DNA of 64,000 nucleotides from NCBI GenBank assembly GCA_000165345.1, contig CM000430.1, positions 704,001 to 768,000 of the forward strand, read 5' to 3'. Shown piece by piece: positions 11,552 to 24,281 of this stretch (position 1 is its first letter; each line of letters starts with the position of its first letter). The notes under the pieces were generated by a model. It saw only the letters and a program-made list of their open reading frames with translations, ran no database searches and was not told where the DNA came from. The position numbers and the translations under genes were made by a program.

Positions 11552-11952
11552 TTAACTGTTATATTTCTTTTTTATAATATAGTCACAAATATAAAATATA
11601 TTCCCTCTTTCTGACCTAAAATTTGTGTGAATACCTAATTTTGCTAACCCAAGTTCTTTTTTAATTCAAGACCCCTTGCCCTTCTCCTTGGTATTACGAA
11701 TAGTCCTTGCAAGAATTATTTGGACAGTACCTAAAGCAAACCTTAAATTCAATAAGGTTAAATAATATCAGTTGTCCAGTTCCCTCCCCCCCCTCTTATT
11801 TAAAATAGACCCCAAATTAATTATTTATTTGAACACTTAATAACCTGTCTAAATTTTAAAATTATATGTTTATACATAAATATATTGCAAACACTAGGTA
11901 AATATTACTTTTGGGCTTTATTATTATACCCAAAATCGAGCACTTTTTGAGC

Positions 11953-11968
11953 GGGAATCATTCCCGCC
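11953..11968. promoter_or_regulatory. Palindromic E2F-like element gggaatcattcccgcc between the PDCD2 3' end and the ARF1 upstream region
   Basis: TTCCCGCC core with a GGGAA...TTCCC dyad, about 400 bp upstream of the ARF1 ATG. Confidence 0.3.
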
Positions 11969-11972
11969 TTGA

Positions 11973-13225
11973 TTAATAAGGATTGTTTTGAATTAGAACA
12001 CATTCTGGAGCATAATAATCAATTCGGCAGTTTTTGGAGCATGTGAATATTGCAATGACTCCAAATTCAACTTTGCTTGGGAGATTTCCTAGAACAATAG
12101 CCTCAGGCTGGATTTGGAATTCAAAAACCCGGTTTGAATTGCAGAGAGGGCATTTTTGAGGAGTCTCTGAGGGGATATTTTTATCAGAAATCCATAAGGG
12201 TGATCCGTTGTGGCTATATCTAATAATATGGCCAGGATACTTTCTTGAATTGTTTATGAACTTGTCGAAAAGGACATCTTTTTCTGTGTTCGAGTTTGAT
12301 ATTTTTCCGAATGCCTTCATCTCAGAATCATCCAAAACATTATCTAAAGAGAAAATAAAGTATTATTAGAGTGTTAACTAGATAGGTTGTAGAACTTACC
12401 AATATTTTCAGAAAACTTTTCCTTATAGTCTTGAAAAAGCTTGTATTCTGATGACTTGGGATCTATATTTTGTTTATTAACACTTTCAAAATGTTTCTTC
12501 TCACAATTAATCCTTTGTTCTCTTTCTAATATATTGTAAGGTTCATTATTAATGTTGTCAAGTTGATCAGGTAATTCTTCAAGACCCAAATCATTTTCAC
12601 CGGTTATGGGTGTCATTTCTTCGTCGGGATCATTTTCAAAGTTATCGTCTTGAGTTTCTTCTTGATCGTCATCTTCATCTTCCTCGTCAGTTGAGCATAT
12701 TTCGATATCTAAGCTAAACTCATCTAAAATTACTTTACCAGCTCCAGAATCGATTGCATTACACTTATCATGAGTATTAGATTGTTGACATTTAGACTCA
12801 GTAGATAAAGGTAACCCGCAAGTATTGCAAATATTATTGAATTTCAATTCTTTAAGCTCTAAAATAGTCTCCTCTGGGTTAACATCTTCAAATAGAAAAG
12901 AGGTTGGGGCTGGATTATAGTCATAATAGTCATTCATTCGAGGAAGCTGGCAACGGAATGCCTGAACACTACAAGTACAATTTGTACAAATAAATAAAAA
13001 AATACTTCTATGAAATAAATCTTCTCTGTCATCCTGAGGCGCATAAACCTGCAACAAAAATCTCATTCTTGTTCCGCAACTATTGCATTGTAAATCTCTA
13101 TACTGAGGAAGGTTTTGAGGGTTAAGCCAAGCAGGCTTTCCCCCGAATTTTGAAGGAAAATACCTGGAATCTAAAACTAAGGGCGTCCTTGGTTTTTCCA
13201 AGTATCCTAGTAAAACGTCATTCAT
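11973..13225 (-). CDS. PDCD2: PDCD2 / Zfrp8-like protein (programmed cell death protein 2 family). Two exons: join(13225..12400, 12343..11973) with a 56-nt intron at 12344..12399.
   Basis: The N-terminal region has FPSKFGGKPAWL (PDCD2_N). The donor is GGTAAGTTCT and the acceptor TCTTTAG, phase 1. The second exon encodes the PDCD2_C region (IIRYSHNGSPLWISDK...CPLCNSNRVFEFQIQPEAI...GVIAIFTCSKNC). The ORF-track M at 13234 is GTG; the ATG is at 13223..13225. Confidence 0.8.
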
Positions 13226-13341
13226 CACAAACACAGTGCATATAAATACTAGAATATAAGCCTTCCAACCTCTGAAACAAATAAAGTTCTTTAAAGAATC
13301 TCCAAGCTTTTTTTCTAGTCAAAATTGAATTTATTTATTTT

Positions 13342-13500
13342 AGGCGCCAAAGTCATGCCATTAACACGCAATTCTACAAAATTTGACAGTAATAACGGTA
13401 TAGGTAAAAAAACTCAGGCGGGCATGTGATTAATTACAGTTTTTCAATTAAAAGCAGACGAATAAAAATTCAAATTTAACATTTTGTACTAAGGCGCAAA
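13342..13500. promoter_or_regulatory. Bidirectional promoter region between PDCD2 (minus) and SDA1 (plus) carrying three GC elements: ggcgccaaa (13342), ggcgggcatgtg (13416) and ggcgcaaa (13493)
   Basis: GGCGCC/GGCGGG cores in AT-rich DNA between divergently oriented start codons (13225 and 13649). Confidence 0.35.
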
Positions 13501-13648
13501 CTCAGGTAAATTAAGTTAGGTTGGAAGTCTTTTTTTTTAACTATATTTCCAGTTGGTATTGTAGTCCAACGGTTATATAGTGAAAGTTAAGGTTGATTAA
13601 AGTTGAAACAGGTGAAAAATTTAAAAGAATATTGATAGAATTGTGAAG

Positions 13649-16600
13649 ATGGACTCTACAGCAGAAGTTTATTCTTTACCCCAACTACAAGACAGGATAA
13701 AGAGGGATCCAGGGGCTTATTTATCAGATTTTGAGCTACAATTACAGCATTTTTATTCAACATTGGATGTATTTAGATTAAATCCGCAAAATATTCCCAA
13801 AGAAATATTTCAGTTAATGATATTTATTGCTCAGACTTGCCCATATTACTATAAATATGGAGTATGTAACAAGTTTATTGAGAAACTTCTTGATGAATTA
13901 AAGAATAACTCTAGTTTAATGACTTCAGATATGCGAGTTTCAATGGCAACTTCATTAATTTTACTTTCAAATCAAAAAATTATTGACATTGTATATTTAT
14001 TGCCTCTATGGTTTGATTTAATGCGTCTTCCTGATAAAATTTTAAGATCAAAGTTATTGAAACATATAGTTTCAAGTATAGTCAATGCCAATATCAAGAA
14101 AACTGGTAAGAAAACGAGCGCAAAGAACAGGTCAAAGAGTATATTAAAGAGTAAACAAATTGGTACATCATTTTCAATTTCAGAAACAACATTTAGTTAC
14201 TTCGGCGAAACTGGGAATGATAACACTTCAGATCAAACTCTAAAACAATTAAAAAGTTATAATATATCTATGGGATATGACTTGAAAAAATTTAATTCTA
14301 CAGTCATGTCATTTTTAAGAGAAAGAATTGCAGATCCAAAAGATGTTTTACGTTCAATGGCTATTATTATTGATGTTTATAGGCAACATGTTTGGAATGA
14401 TGCTCAAGCTGTGAATATTATAGCTAAGTGTTGTGTGGGTTCAACTTCACCAAAAGTAGCTTCAACTGCAGCGAGATTTCTTTTGGGAAGGAATTGTTCA
14501 ATGGAAGAATTGGAGAATGATATAGAAGATGAAGATGAAAAGAGAGAATTGGCAGCAGAAGCAGCAAAGGCTATGAAATCTGCTTTAATCGGAATCAGTT
14601 CTAATAGTAAAAAGAAGAAAATGGAAAAGGCTAAGCAAGCAATGAAGAAATTGGAAAAACAAAAAAAGAATAAGACTGAAAACAACTCTTTAATTAAAAG
14701 TAACCAATGTATTGATTTAATACATTGTCCACAAGAATTTGCAGAAGAATTATTCCATAGAGTTGCTTCACATACTGATCCTTTTGAGGTTAGAATGACA
14801 CTTATTGGTCTTATTTCTCGTTTAATTGAACGTCATCGTCTGATTCTTATCAATTACTATTCATATCTTGGCAGATATTTATCTCCAAATAATAAAAATG
14901 TTACAAATGTTTTGGCTTTTTTGGCACAAGCTTGTCACGAATTAATACCTCCACAAGAACTTTCTTCAACTATCAAGTTACTTATGGATAATTTTGTTAA
15001 TGAATGTTGTAGGCCTGAAGTTATTGTGGTTGGTTTGAATACTATTCGAGAAATTTGTCAGAGAGTACCTTTGGTTATGGATAAGGATAAGCTCTTGGAT
15101 TTGGCTAACTTTAGAAAGATGAATGATAAAGGAGTATCAATCGCAGCAAAGAGTTTGGTTAATCTCTATAGGGAAATTATGCCAAGTATGCTTCATCGTT
15201 CTTTAATGAGCAAGGATGCTGCAATGAATATGAAGGATGAGAATCAAGATGAAAATAGTTTTGCTTATGGTTATAAAAAGATTGATCAAACTATTTCTGG
15301 AGCTGATTTGCTTATTAAGTATAATAATAGGAAGAATAAATCAAAGAAAGATACTGAGTCTGAATCTTGCCAATCTGTTGAAGATTATGATTACCAAGTG
15401 GATCAAGATACCGATCATGACCATGATGATGATGATGTAGATGGCATTGATCTTGAGGAAATTGATGAATTAAGTCAAGTTGATATGGAAGAACTCGCCT
15501 CTTCTAATGAAGATGATTTTGAGGACTCTGATGAATCAGATATTGGCTCTGATATTGAAGATTCTACTTCAATTAAGGTTTCCAAGTCTCCAGAAAATAT
15601 AATGGAAAGTAATAATATAGTTTTTGATAAGATTTTAGATCAGGATGACTTCAAATTGATTAAAAAACTTAAAACAAGAGTAGAAGCAGCAAAGGCTGTT
15701 GGAGCATCTAAAGGTCCGAAAAATGAGCAGTTAGACTTTTCTACAGCATCATCAGATGAAGGTTTTGGTTCAGGAATTAGTGAAGAGGATAATACTTCAG
15801 AAAGTGAAAGTGAAAATGATTCAGACTCTAATGATTCCACAGATTACGATATTAGTAGAGATATTAGAGATGAGATTACTCGTAACATGGGTAGAAAGAA
15901 GTTGAGTAAACAACAAAGGGTTCAATCTATTATGAAGGGAAGGCAGGACAGAGAGACATTTAAAGAAAGGAGAATTAGAGGTAAGTTTTTCTTGATTCTT
16001 ATGGTCCAATTGTTTTGTTTTTTTTTTTTGTGCATGTGGTTCAGTTATTTATAAGGAATTCAGAGAAGAATTTAAAGCAAATAGTCTTTATTTCTTTCTT
16101 TTTCCTCCTCCAAACAATTGAGTGGATAAAGTAAATTATGGCATGCAAAGCCGGCTAGTTACTACATCTATTAGTTACTAGTGACTATGTAAAAGGTTGT
16201 TGAGTCTAATGCCAAAGTAATTCGTTATTTGAATAGTTGATCAATTCTATCACTAGAAACTTTTATGTGGTTAGAGACATTCAATATATCAAGTACAAAC
16301 TTTTAATAATTATCCACAATCTAAAAAAAATTCATCTAAATGGTTTGGAGGAGTAAAAAGGGCTTATTTAGATATTAACAATAAATTTCAAACTCATGCA
16401 CTAAACTTTTAAAAGAGAAAAAAAAACCACAAAACTCTTGGAACACTTTAAAAATTAACAAACTTGTAAACAAACTTTACTTTATTTTTTTCATTTTACA
16501 GAATCTTTGAGTAAGAAACAAAGTATTCCAAATGAAGTCAAATCAAGAAATAAACCAATGATGATGGTAGTTAAGAAGAGAGGTATCAATAAGAAAAATG

Positions 16601-16692
16601 AAACAGCAAATATGAAATTGAGTAGGATCAAAAAACATCTTCGAAATTTGAAGAAGGATACTGGAAAAAAGAAAAGATTCAGAAAGAGGTAA
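13649..16692 (+). CDS. SDA1: SDA1 homolog (60S ribosomal subunit export/biogenesis factor). Two exons: join(13649..15980, 16502..16692). The intron is 521 nt (15981..16501).
   Basis: The N-terminus MDSTAEVYSLPQLQDRIKRDPGAYLSDFELQLQHF matches the conserved SDA1 N-terminal domain (LPQLQNxIKRDPxxY). There is a central acidic Asp/Glu/Ser-rich region. The donor is AG|GTAAGTTTTT, phase 1, and the acceptor TTTTACAG. The final exon encodes the K/R-rich tail ESLSKKQS...KKRFRKR*. The ORF-track M at 13643 is GTG and the M at 16507 is TTG. The unusually long intron lowers confidence in the exact 3' structure. Confidence 0.7.
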
Positions 16693-16882
16693 ATTCCCAC
16701 TTCTTTTTTCTTTTTGTTTATTGTTTATATTTTATTCATCTTGATATGGCTTCTTTCTTATATATTGGAATTCTAAGCTTTTCTTTTAATTAACTTATCC
16801 ACATTTGAAGTAATTAATAATATACACGATTAACAAAATAACAACAAAACTTATGGCCATATTTATTTCTTTTTGAAGTAAC

Positions 16883-19800
16883 TCAGCCTTTTTTCTTTAT
16901 TCTATACAATTTTGGAAGGTCAAGATAATGCTCTTTAATTATTGATAATGAGCTTCTTGGATATATGTTGAATTTCTTATTTAGTATTGAGGAATACTGT
17001 TGGTACTTTATTCTATAAGATATAAAGAAATCATCAATTCCAAGTGATTTATAACGTGAATTAAGGCAAGTAATAATTGAATCATACACAGCACATTTAA
17101 TTAGCAAATTCCATTGGTATTTATTAGGAAGTTGCTTTTTATACGAATAAATATTGTAGCAACATGCGTTTGAAATCCACTCCAAAACTTTGACTAAGAA
17201 TCTGGGATTAATAAACCCTTGGTGTATTTTCTTAATTCTTTTAAAGGTTGAAAGCAGTTTTAGTATACCAATATATACAACAATCACTATATTTGTGTAA
17301 ATCTATATGATAAAGAAAAGAATTTTCATAATAAACAAGAATGAAAATTAATTAATTAATTAATTGGTTGGTTATTTGTTGAATTATATTTAAAACTTAC
17401 CGTAAATAAAGAATTGATTTTACAATCATATAGCAATCCATTCTTGATTCTAAAATCAAAGTATCTTATTAATTTTATACCCAAAACAGACCACATATAA
17501 TTTGACTTTTGAAGGTTTTCAGATATCGTCGTCGACTTAAACCTGTGAAAATTTGAATAATTACTTGTAAATTGGTGCTTAGTTGTCAAGGTTACAGTAT
17601 CCATAACACATATGAATTCCAAATTCTTCCATGGGGAAACCATGCAATTCAAATAGCTGTACTCACTGGAAAACTTCATTCCTGTCCATGATACTTGTTT
17701 ATGGAACTGTTTTAAGGCTATCTTAGCCTTGTTAATCATTTCTTTTTCATTTTGGCAGTCCTTTTCACTTTTGTTGGTATTTATTCTCTTTTCCACTGGA
17801 CTGCTTGTGCACTCTGTCGAAGGTGGGAAGGAAGAAGAGGACGATGAGGAAGACGACGAAGAAGATGAAGAGGAAGATGAAGAGGAACAAGATGATGAAC
17901 AGGAAGAGGAAGGCGAAGATAGTAAAACATCATCCTCCTCAAGGATGATGATCTCATTATTGTGGTCAATCCAAGGAAAGTTAGAGTTGATTTTGTCCTT
18001 GGAAACGTTCGATCCCCATAGTTTTTGTATATAAAGTAACTTTAAGAACTTTTTGGCGGACTCCAAATCGGATGTGAGAAAAAGAAAATCGTCTACCCAT
18101 CTCAATAAGAGACTTTCTTGCTTATTGCTCTGAGAAGGACTTTCTTGATCATAACTTTTGAGATTGGCACGGATTTGGCAATTCTGGTTGTTGATATTAT
18201 TATTAAACTCTTCGGAAGGTTGCAGTAAAACACTTTTAGCATTAATATTATATTCTGATATTTCTAGTCTTCTTTTTTTACTTGTACTAGTATTATAAAT
18301 ATTTATCTCATTTTCTTTAAATTCTGGGTAACGGGATAATCCTGTCTCAAGATCATGTTGTGAAAATAAGTCTTTTTCAGTTGGATCAAGTAATTGTACT
18401 TTTTCTTGTTTAATTGGATTCAGAAATGATAAAGAAATGTAAGAGGAGGAAAAAAATGAATGTCCCAAAAGATTCTGGATTTCTGGATTTAGATCTAAGA
18501 AATTATAATAGAGACAACAAAGAATGTAAGAAATACTTGATCCTTGTGGAATTCCAAAATCTTGCTTAAATAAGCTTAGAAATCTTTTTCCAAATTTGAT
18601 AGAATTTCCAAGTTGTTTAGATTTTATTAGTCTTAAAGACTTTGAACATGTCCTAAGTCGAAAAAAGCTTGTGTTAAGGTGGATCTTAATGATCTCCTTG
18701 ACTAATTTCCAGTTTATCACACGTCTTGAATTTAAAAAAGTAAAGATTTCTGCTTTTTTTTGTCCCAAAATACTCAAATCCTTGTTTGATAAACAAGAAT
18801 TTTTAAGATTCCAAAGAAGTTCATCTAAATCTGGTCCTATAATCCTCTTAATTTTTGATTTGACGACTTTTTGATCTTCATCATGATCTTTCTCAAAAAT
18901 AGGTACCATATTTAGTTTTCCTTTTGAAGTAATAATACATGATCTCCCAAGCTCATCTTGGTAAGAGTCTCTATTCATATTATCAAAAGGCGGAATAATT
19001 GTTGTTTTACTTAAAGCCCTTGAATATAAGCTCAAAAGGGAAATTTCATTTGGAAGAGAAATTACATCCAAAAACTCAAAAATCTTGGACTTATTTATAT
19101 TTTCAAAACAGTTCACTAAATCTGCTTTAATAATATAAATCTTTACATGGGACATTTTTTTACCTTGATTTTGATAAAAATCTTCATTCATTTGAAATTG
19201 TTGTTTGTCTCTTCTATTCTTTATCCACCAATTCTTTATAATCTTATAAATATCTCCAAACTGTACAAGAGAAGCACCAAGATGATTCTTTCCTGTCATT
19301 CTTAATAGAAAAGATCTTAAAATCTTGGAAGGATAAAACAACATATTATTTGTTGATGGACGTCTTATATCTATAATTCTATTACTTGAAGGACGTCTCA
19401 TTACCTTATTAATTGGAGTAGTAGGTACCGATGATCCTGAATTTATTCCAATTCCTATATTATAATTACCAAATCCTAATCCCACTCCTAATCTTCCTGG
19501 TGGTGTCATAATCTGACAATTTTGGCTTGAAAATGATGTAAAATTCTTTCCTCCTATATTATTAATATGACCATAATTATGATTATTTCCTACAATACCG
19601 TTATTACCATTACTATTAAAGTAGTTATAATAGTAATTGTTATTAATCCAACTTGTTGGAAGATCTCCACCAGTCCAAACTGAATTACAATCACAAAAAC
19701 CAATCTTCTTCTTTTCTTCACAAGTGTGATCTCTTTCAAGATTTTGTTGAAGAATTTGTCCAGATCCAACTTTTGATAAATTTATTAATGGTCTTAAACC

Positions 19801-21780
19801 TTTAGATTTCGGTACCCATCTTATTTTTGGGATATTTTCAGAAAACTCAGAGTTCTTATCAATTAATTTTGAAATTTCTTGAATTGAAGATAAATTCATT
19901 ATATAGTCTTTTGACTGAATTCCTTTTAATATACTTTCTAGATACCATTTATCAGCTTGTCTCACGATCTTTATCCAAACTGGATGTCTAAAATATCTTA
20001 CTTTATTACTACCCTCAATTTCTGTTGCATAGAAATGTCTTCTTAATATTGGAAATACCAAATATACTATTAAAAAATAAATGTTCCTAGCTAGATATGT
20101 TTTTCCAAGGCTAATTAAACTTTTTTTAATACTAGATCTTGTCTTATTATTCGGTACCTTTTTAGATCTTTGATTAGAATTAATTAAATTTTTTGATTCT
20201 TTAATAAATTGATAACTTTTTTCTTCAAGTATTCTATTTACCCAATTTGAAACCTCAATTCCATTCATTGCATGTTGAATCTTAAAAGTTTCTCTAATAT
20301 GAAGATTCACAATTATTGGGATCTTTTTATTAATAAAAGTCTTAAAGTTTTTAAAGGTACCAAGTATATTCTTTGGTAATACTTTAATCAAGTATAATCT
20401 TAAAAAATTTACTACTCTAGTAGAACTTGTTTCAAAACAAGGAATAGGTAATTTATTGAAGTTTTGTAAATCTGAATCTTTAATTGGTTCTATTGGACAT
20501 ATTTGATCTAGAAAGTTAACTGGAGACGTATTTCTAATATTTAACAATAAATTTTGGAATTCTTCCATCATAGCAGAAGCCAATTTACATTTAACACGGG
20601 AGAATTTTGTCATTTCATAACTTCCAAGTAATCCAATCAAACTTTGTCTGTTGTGATCTTTGAATATATGATCAGTTTGAATAATAAATCTAAGTAGTGT
20701 TCTTGCTCCTAATAAATTTGGAGGTAAAAGTCTTAGAACAGATAAACAAGGAAGACCTCCTCTTTTTGAGAAATGATCACAATAAAGAAATGTTGAGCGA
20801 TATGGAATATCAATTTTGTAGATTTTAGAAAGTCTTGAATCTTTAATAATTCCTCCTGATCTTTTGTTTACTTGTCTTGGAGTTTCATCTAAAGGCTTAA
20901 CTTCTTCTTTTTCCTCAATTGTAAGAATTGGAGTTAAAGAAGATGATGATACAAATGAATTGGTCTTTTTTGGCCCTGTCTCATAAAGTCTAGCAAGCTC
21001 TTCCAGGAAGTCATTAGTTAACATTCTACCAGCTTGTTGAATGAGAATTTCAGAGTGATCACCAAGTATTCTAAAGATAATACAGCAAACAAATAAGAAG
21101 AGAATCTCAATAGGACCTATTTTGGAAAGAAGAGTATTCCAAGCATGGAGGTTTTGAAACTTGTATAAAGTAGAATTACAGAATGAGTATTTCTTGGGCT
21201 TTATAGTGTCGAAGCTAGTTCTTAATCCTGAATAACTCCCTGAATGAAAGATCCTAATCCTTGGAAAGTGCTTACGGAGTAGGAGCTCAAAGTCTTGTAC
21301 TTGATAGGTCAGAGAATCCTTTTCAGAATCTGGAATTATATTCTTAATTTGGTCTGTAATAAAGGAAGGAGACAATGTCTCATTATATTCGGTATTTCTT
21401 GACCTCTTTCCTGAAGACATAGACGACTGATTTCTAGGTGAGCTAAAGTAGTTCTGACCTAGTATCGATGACCACTCGAGCAATTTTTCGATATTTATAC
21501 CCAACAACTTCCTCCTGTCTCCGTTAATATCAAGACTATTGTCTAAGGAATTAAATGTAAGTTCCCTTAAGCCAAGAAATCCCTCCTTTAAAGCTTTTGG
21601 TATAGAAGGATCTTCCAGTATCAAAGTCTCTTCAAGTAGCCTCCTTAACTCCCCTGAGGAATCATTGTACAATCCTTCTTCTTTGAATACTCTAATCTTT
21701 CTTTTCTGCTCCAGGTACTCTCCCAGCGTCAGAACCTCTTGCTTCATCAACACTGCTAAAGCACCCTTCAACACACTCAT
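16883..21780 (-). CDS. TERT: Telomerase reverse transcriptase (TERT), about 1600 aa. Two exons: join(21780..17401, 17302..16883) with a 98-nt intron at 17303..17400. It includes a poly-Ser insertion.
   Basis: The N-terminus is TEN-like. It has the T motif FYATEIEG, RT motif B' FGIPQGSSISYILCCLYYNFLD (about 18500..18580) and motif C LLLRWVDDFLFLTSD (about 18085..18120). The donor is ACG|GTAAGTTTT and the acceptor TCATATAG|ATT, phase 0. The downstream ORF (track 16883..17287) encodes ...IKKIHQGFINPRFLVKVLEWISNACCYNIYSYKKQ, which resembles the conserved TERT C-terminal extension (human ...[29 protein letters not shown]). Confidence 0.85.
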
Positions 21781-21835
21781 CCTCTGTATTCATTATCGTC
21801 ATGTAATTACTTTTTGTTCACGACTTACTATTAAA

Positions 21836-21856
21836 GTGGCGGGAAAGGTGCGCGCC
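21836..21856. promoter_or_regulatory. Tandem E2F-like elements gtggcgggaaaggtgcgcgcc 55-75 bp upstream of the TERT ATG
   Basis: TGGCGGGAAA plus GCGCGCC cores. Both match the canonical E2F TTTSSCGC/TTTGGCGGGAAA consensus. Confidence 0.45.
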
Positions 21857-21875
21857 ATACATGATTGTATTTAGA

Positions 21876-22665
<790 letters not shown>

Positions 22666-22682
22666 TGTACAAATAGAGTAAT

Positions 22683-23831
22683 ATGGGGAATTCAGTTCCC
22701 TCATCTTCATCGTCAGTATCATCAGAAACAGTTAATACGAATAGGAACGGGGCTGAAAATATGAGTAGTCCAATAGGAATAAAGAATTTTGGGAACACGT
22801 GTTATATGAATGCTGGGTTACAGTTTATATCAGCAATGGGAATCTTTACAGAAGAAAATTTTGGAGGGATAAAACTTAATAAGAGCTCCTCAGAGGAGGT
22901 TTGTAGGTCATTAATATCAATTTTAATTCAGTTAGGAAAACCAAGTAGAATAACAGATGCAATTTCTCCATATCAACTTTTTAAGCAGCTTAGACAACAG
23001 AACTCTGATCTTTTTAACCAGCATCAACAAGATGCACATGAATTTATTATGTATATTTTGGAAATAATCCATGATGGGACTATTAAACCATGTAATGCTC
23101 CAAAGCTGTCAAACGAAGATCTTGAGAAATTGAGCAAAAAATCAACCCGACCAGGAAATGTTTTTTGGAATAACCATATGATGAGAAATAATTCAATTTT
23201 GAATAATACAATATGTGGACAGTTCAGAAGTAGAATAACTTGCGAGAATTGTGGAAATAATAGTGATACTTTTGATCCCTTTTGGGATATAACATTGGCT
23301 CTTCCTGAAGTTTCAGATGATTATGAGAAGATTTCAATTGGGTCTTGCTTTAGAAAGTTTTTTGAGCAACAGAATCTTTTTCACGAAAATGATGAACCAA
23401 ATTACAATTGTTCCCATTGTAAGAGTGTTGTAAACGCAACAAGATGTATAAATATTTCGCAGTTCCCAAATGTATTGCTTGTAACTTTAAAGAGGTTTAA
23501 TAACAACGGAGAAAAATGTAATGGGATTGTTTCCTTTAAAACAGCAGGAATAATACTCAAATCTCTCACGGAGATTGGCCACTTCAAGTTAGTAGCAGTG
23601 CTTCAACACAATGGAAGTACTCTTTTCCAAGGCCATTATATCTCCTATGTTTTCAAAAAGGAGTTCAACGGATGGTTTAAATTTGATGATGATATAGTCA
23701 CTTTAGTAGACGATATTCTTGAGGAGGATATTCAGGCTTACTGCCTTCTTTATATTCTCGAGTCAAAGAGCGCTTTGAACTCCAACTCTGAACAAGCTTA
23801 TTCTGTGGGTATAAGGAATCAGAGAAATTAG
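22683..23831 (+). CDS. Ubiquitin carboxyl-terminal hydrolase, USP/UBP family (382 aa)
   Basis: Cys box GIKNFGNTCYMNAGLQ (catalytic Cys), QQDAHEF, and His box HNGSTLFQGHYISYV. ATG at 22683. Confidence 0.85.
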   Translation: MGNSVPSSSSSVSSETVNTNRNGAENMSSPIGIKNFGNTCYMNAGLQFISAMGIFTEENFGGIKLNKSSSEEVCRSLISILIQLGKPSRITDAISPYQLFKQLRQQNSDLFNQHQQDAHEFIMYILEIIHDGTIKPCNAPKLSNEDLEKLSKKSTRPGNVFWNNHMMRNNSILNNTICGQFRSRITCENCGNNSDTFDPFWDITLALPEVSDDYEKISIGSCFRKFFEQQNLFHENDEPNYNCSHCKSVVNATRCINISQFPNVLLVTLKRFNNNGEKCNGIVSFKTAGIILKSLTEIGHFKLVAVLQHNGSTLFQGHYISYVFKKEFNGWFKFDDDIVTLVDDILEEDIQAYCLLYILESKSALNSNSEQAYSVGIRNQRN

Positions 23832-24246
23832 ACCCAGTAGTCTCAAACGCTTACAACTTACTCAAAATTCTATATAGCTGTTATAATTTAATGTTTTTAG
23901 TTCCATTTCTTACATGTTATTTTTCATTTTAATCAGTCCTTCCGCAATTATAGATGTTTGCAATAGTTTTGGCGGGTTAAGTCGTTTTTTCCAATGCTTG
24001 TAGGAGAGTTCAGAAAGTTGCTTTGCTTGCATAAAGGGTGGGGATTTTTTTGTTTGGTCCTTTTTAGTTTGAAATAGGCAAAATTTGAAGATATTTTTTT
24101 CTTCTTAGCTGGATTTTACTGTTGGATTACTTTTGACCAGAAACTTATCAATCTGTTTATCCCCCCAACAAATCTTTACGAGCCCAAGCAGATTTAAGTA
24201 ATTTAATAAATCACTTAATTTAGAGCTATTGTTTTCTTTAATTAAG

Positions 24247-24258
24247 ACCGGTATAGCT
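24247..24258. promoter_or_regulatory. ACCGGTATAG element 25-35 bp upstream of the Myb/CHY gene ATG
   Basis: gaccggtatagc. One of seven intergenic copies of the ACCGGTAT core (see findings). Confidence 0.3.
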
Positions 24259-24281
24259 TTATCGAAATTATTCAAGGAAAA

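Noticed and set aside
13555-13600. tRNA-like D-arm-resembling string (gttggtattgtagtccaacggttatatag) upstream of SDA1
   Set aside because: It has no T-loop (GTTCRANYC) and no acceptor-stem complementarity. No cloverleaf can be drawn, so it is probably chance similarity in a promoter.
17729-18034. 101-aa plus-strand acidic ORF (poly-E/D) and the 17781..17969 minus ORF inside TERT
   Set aside because: They are mirror or alternate-frame readings of the (GAA)n tract encoding the TERT poly-Ser insertion. They are embedded in a gene with strong TERT motifs in the other frame.
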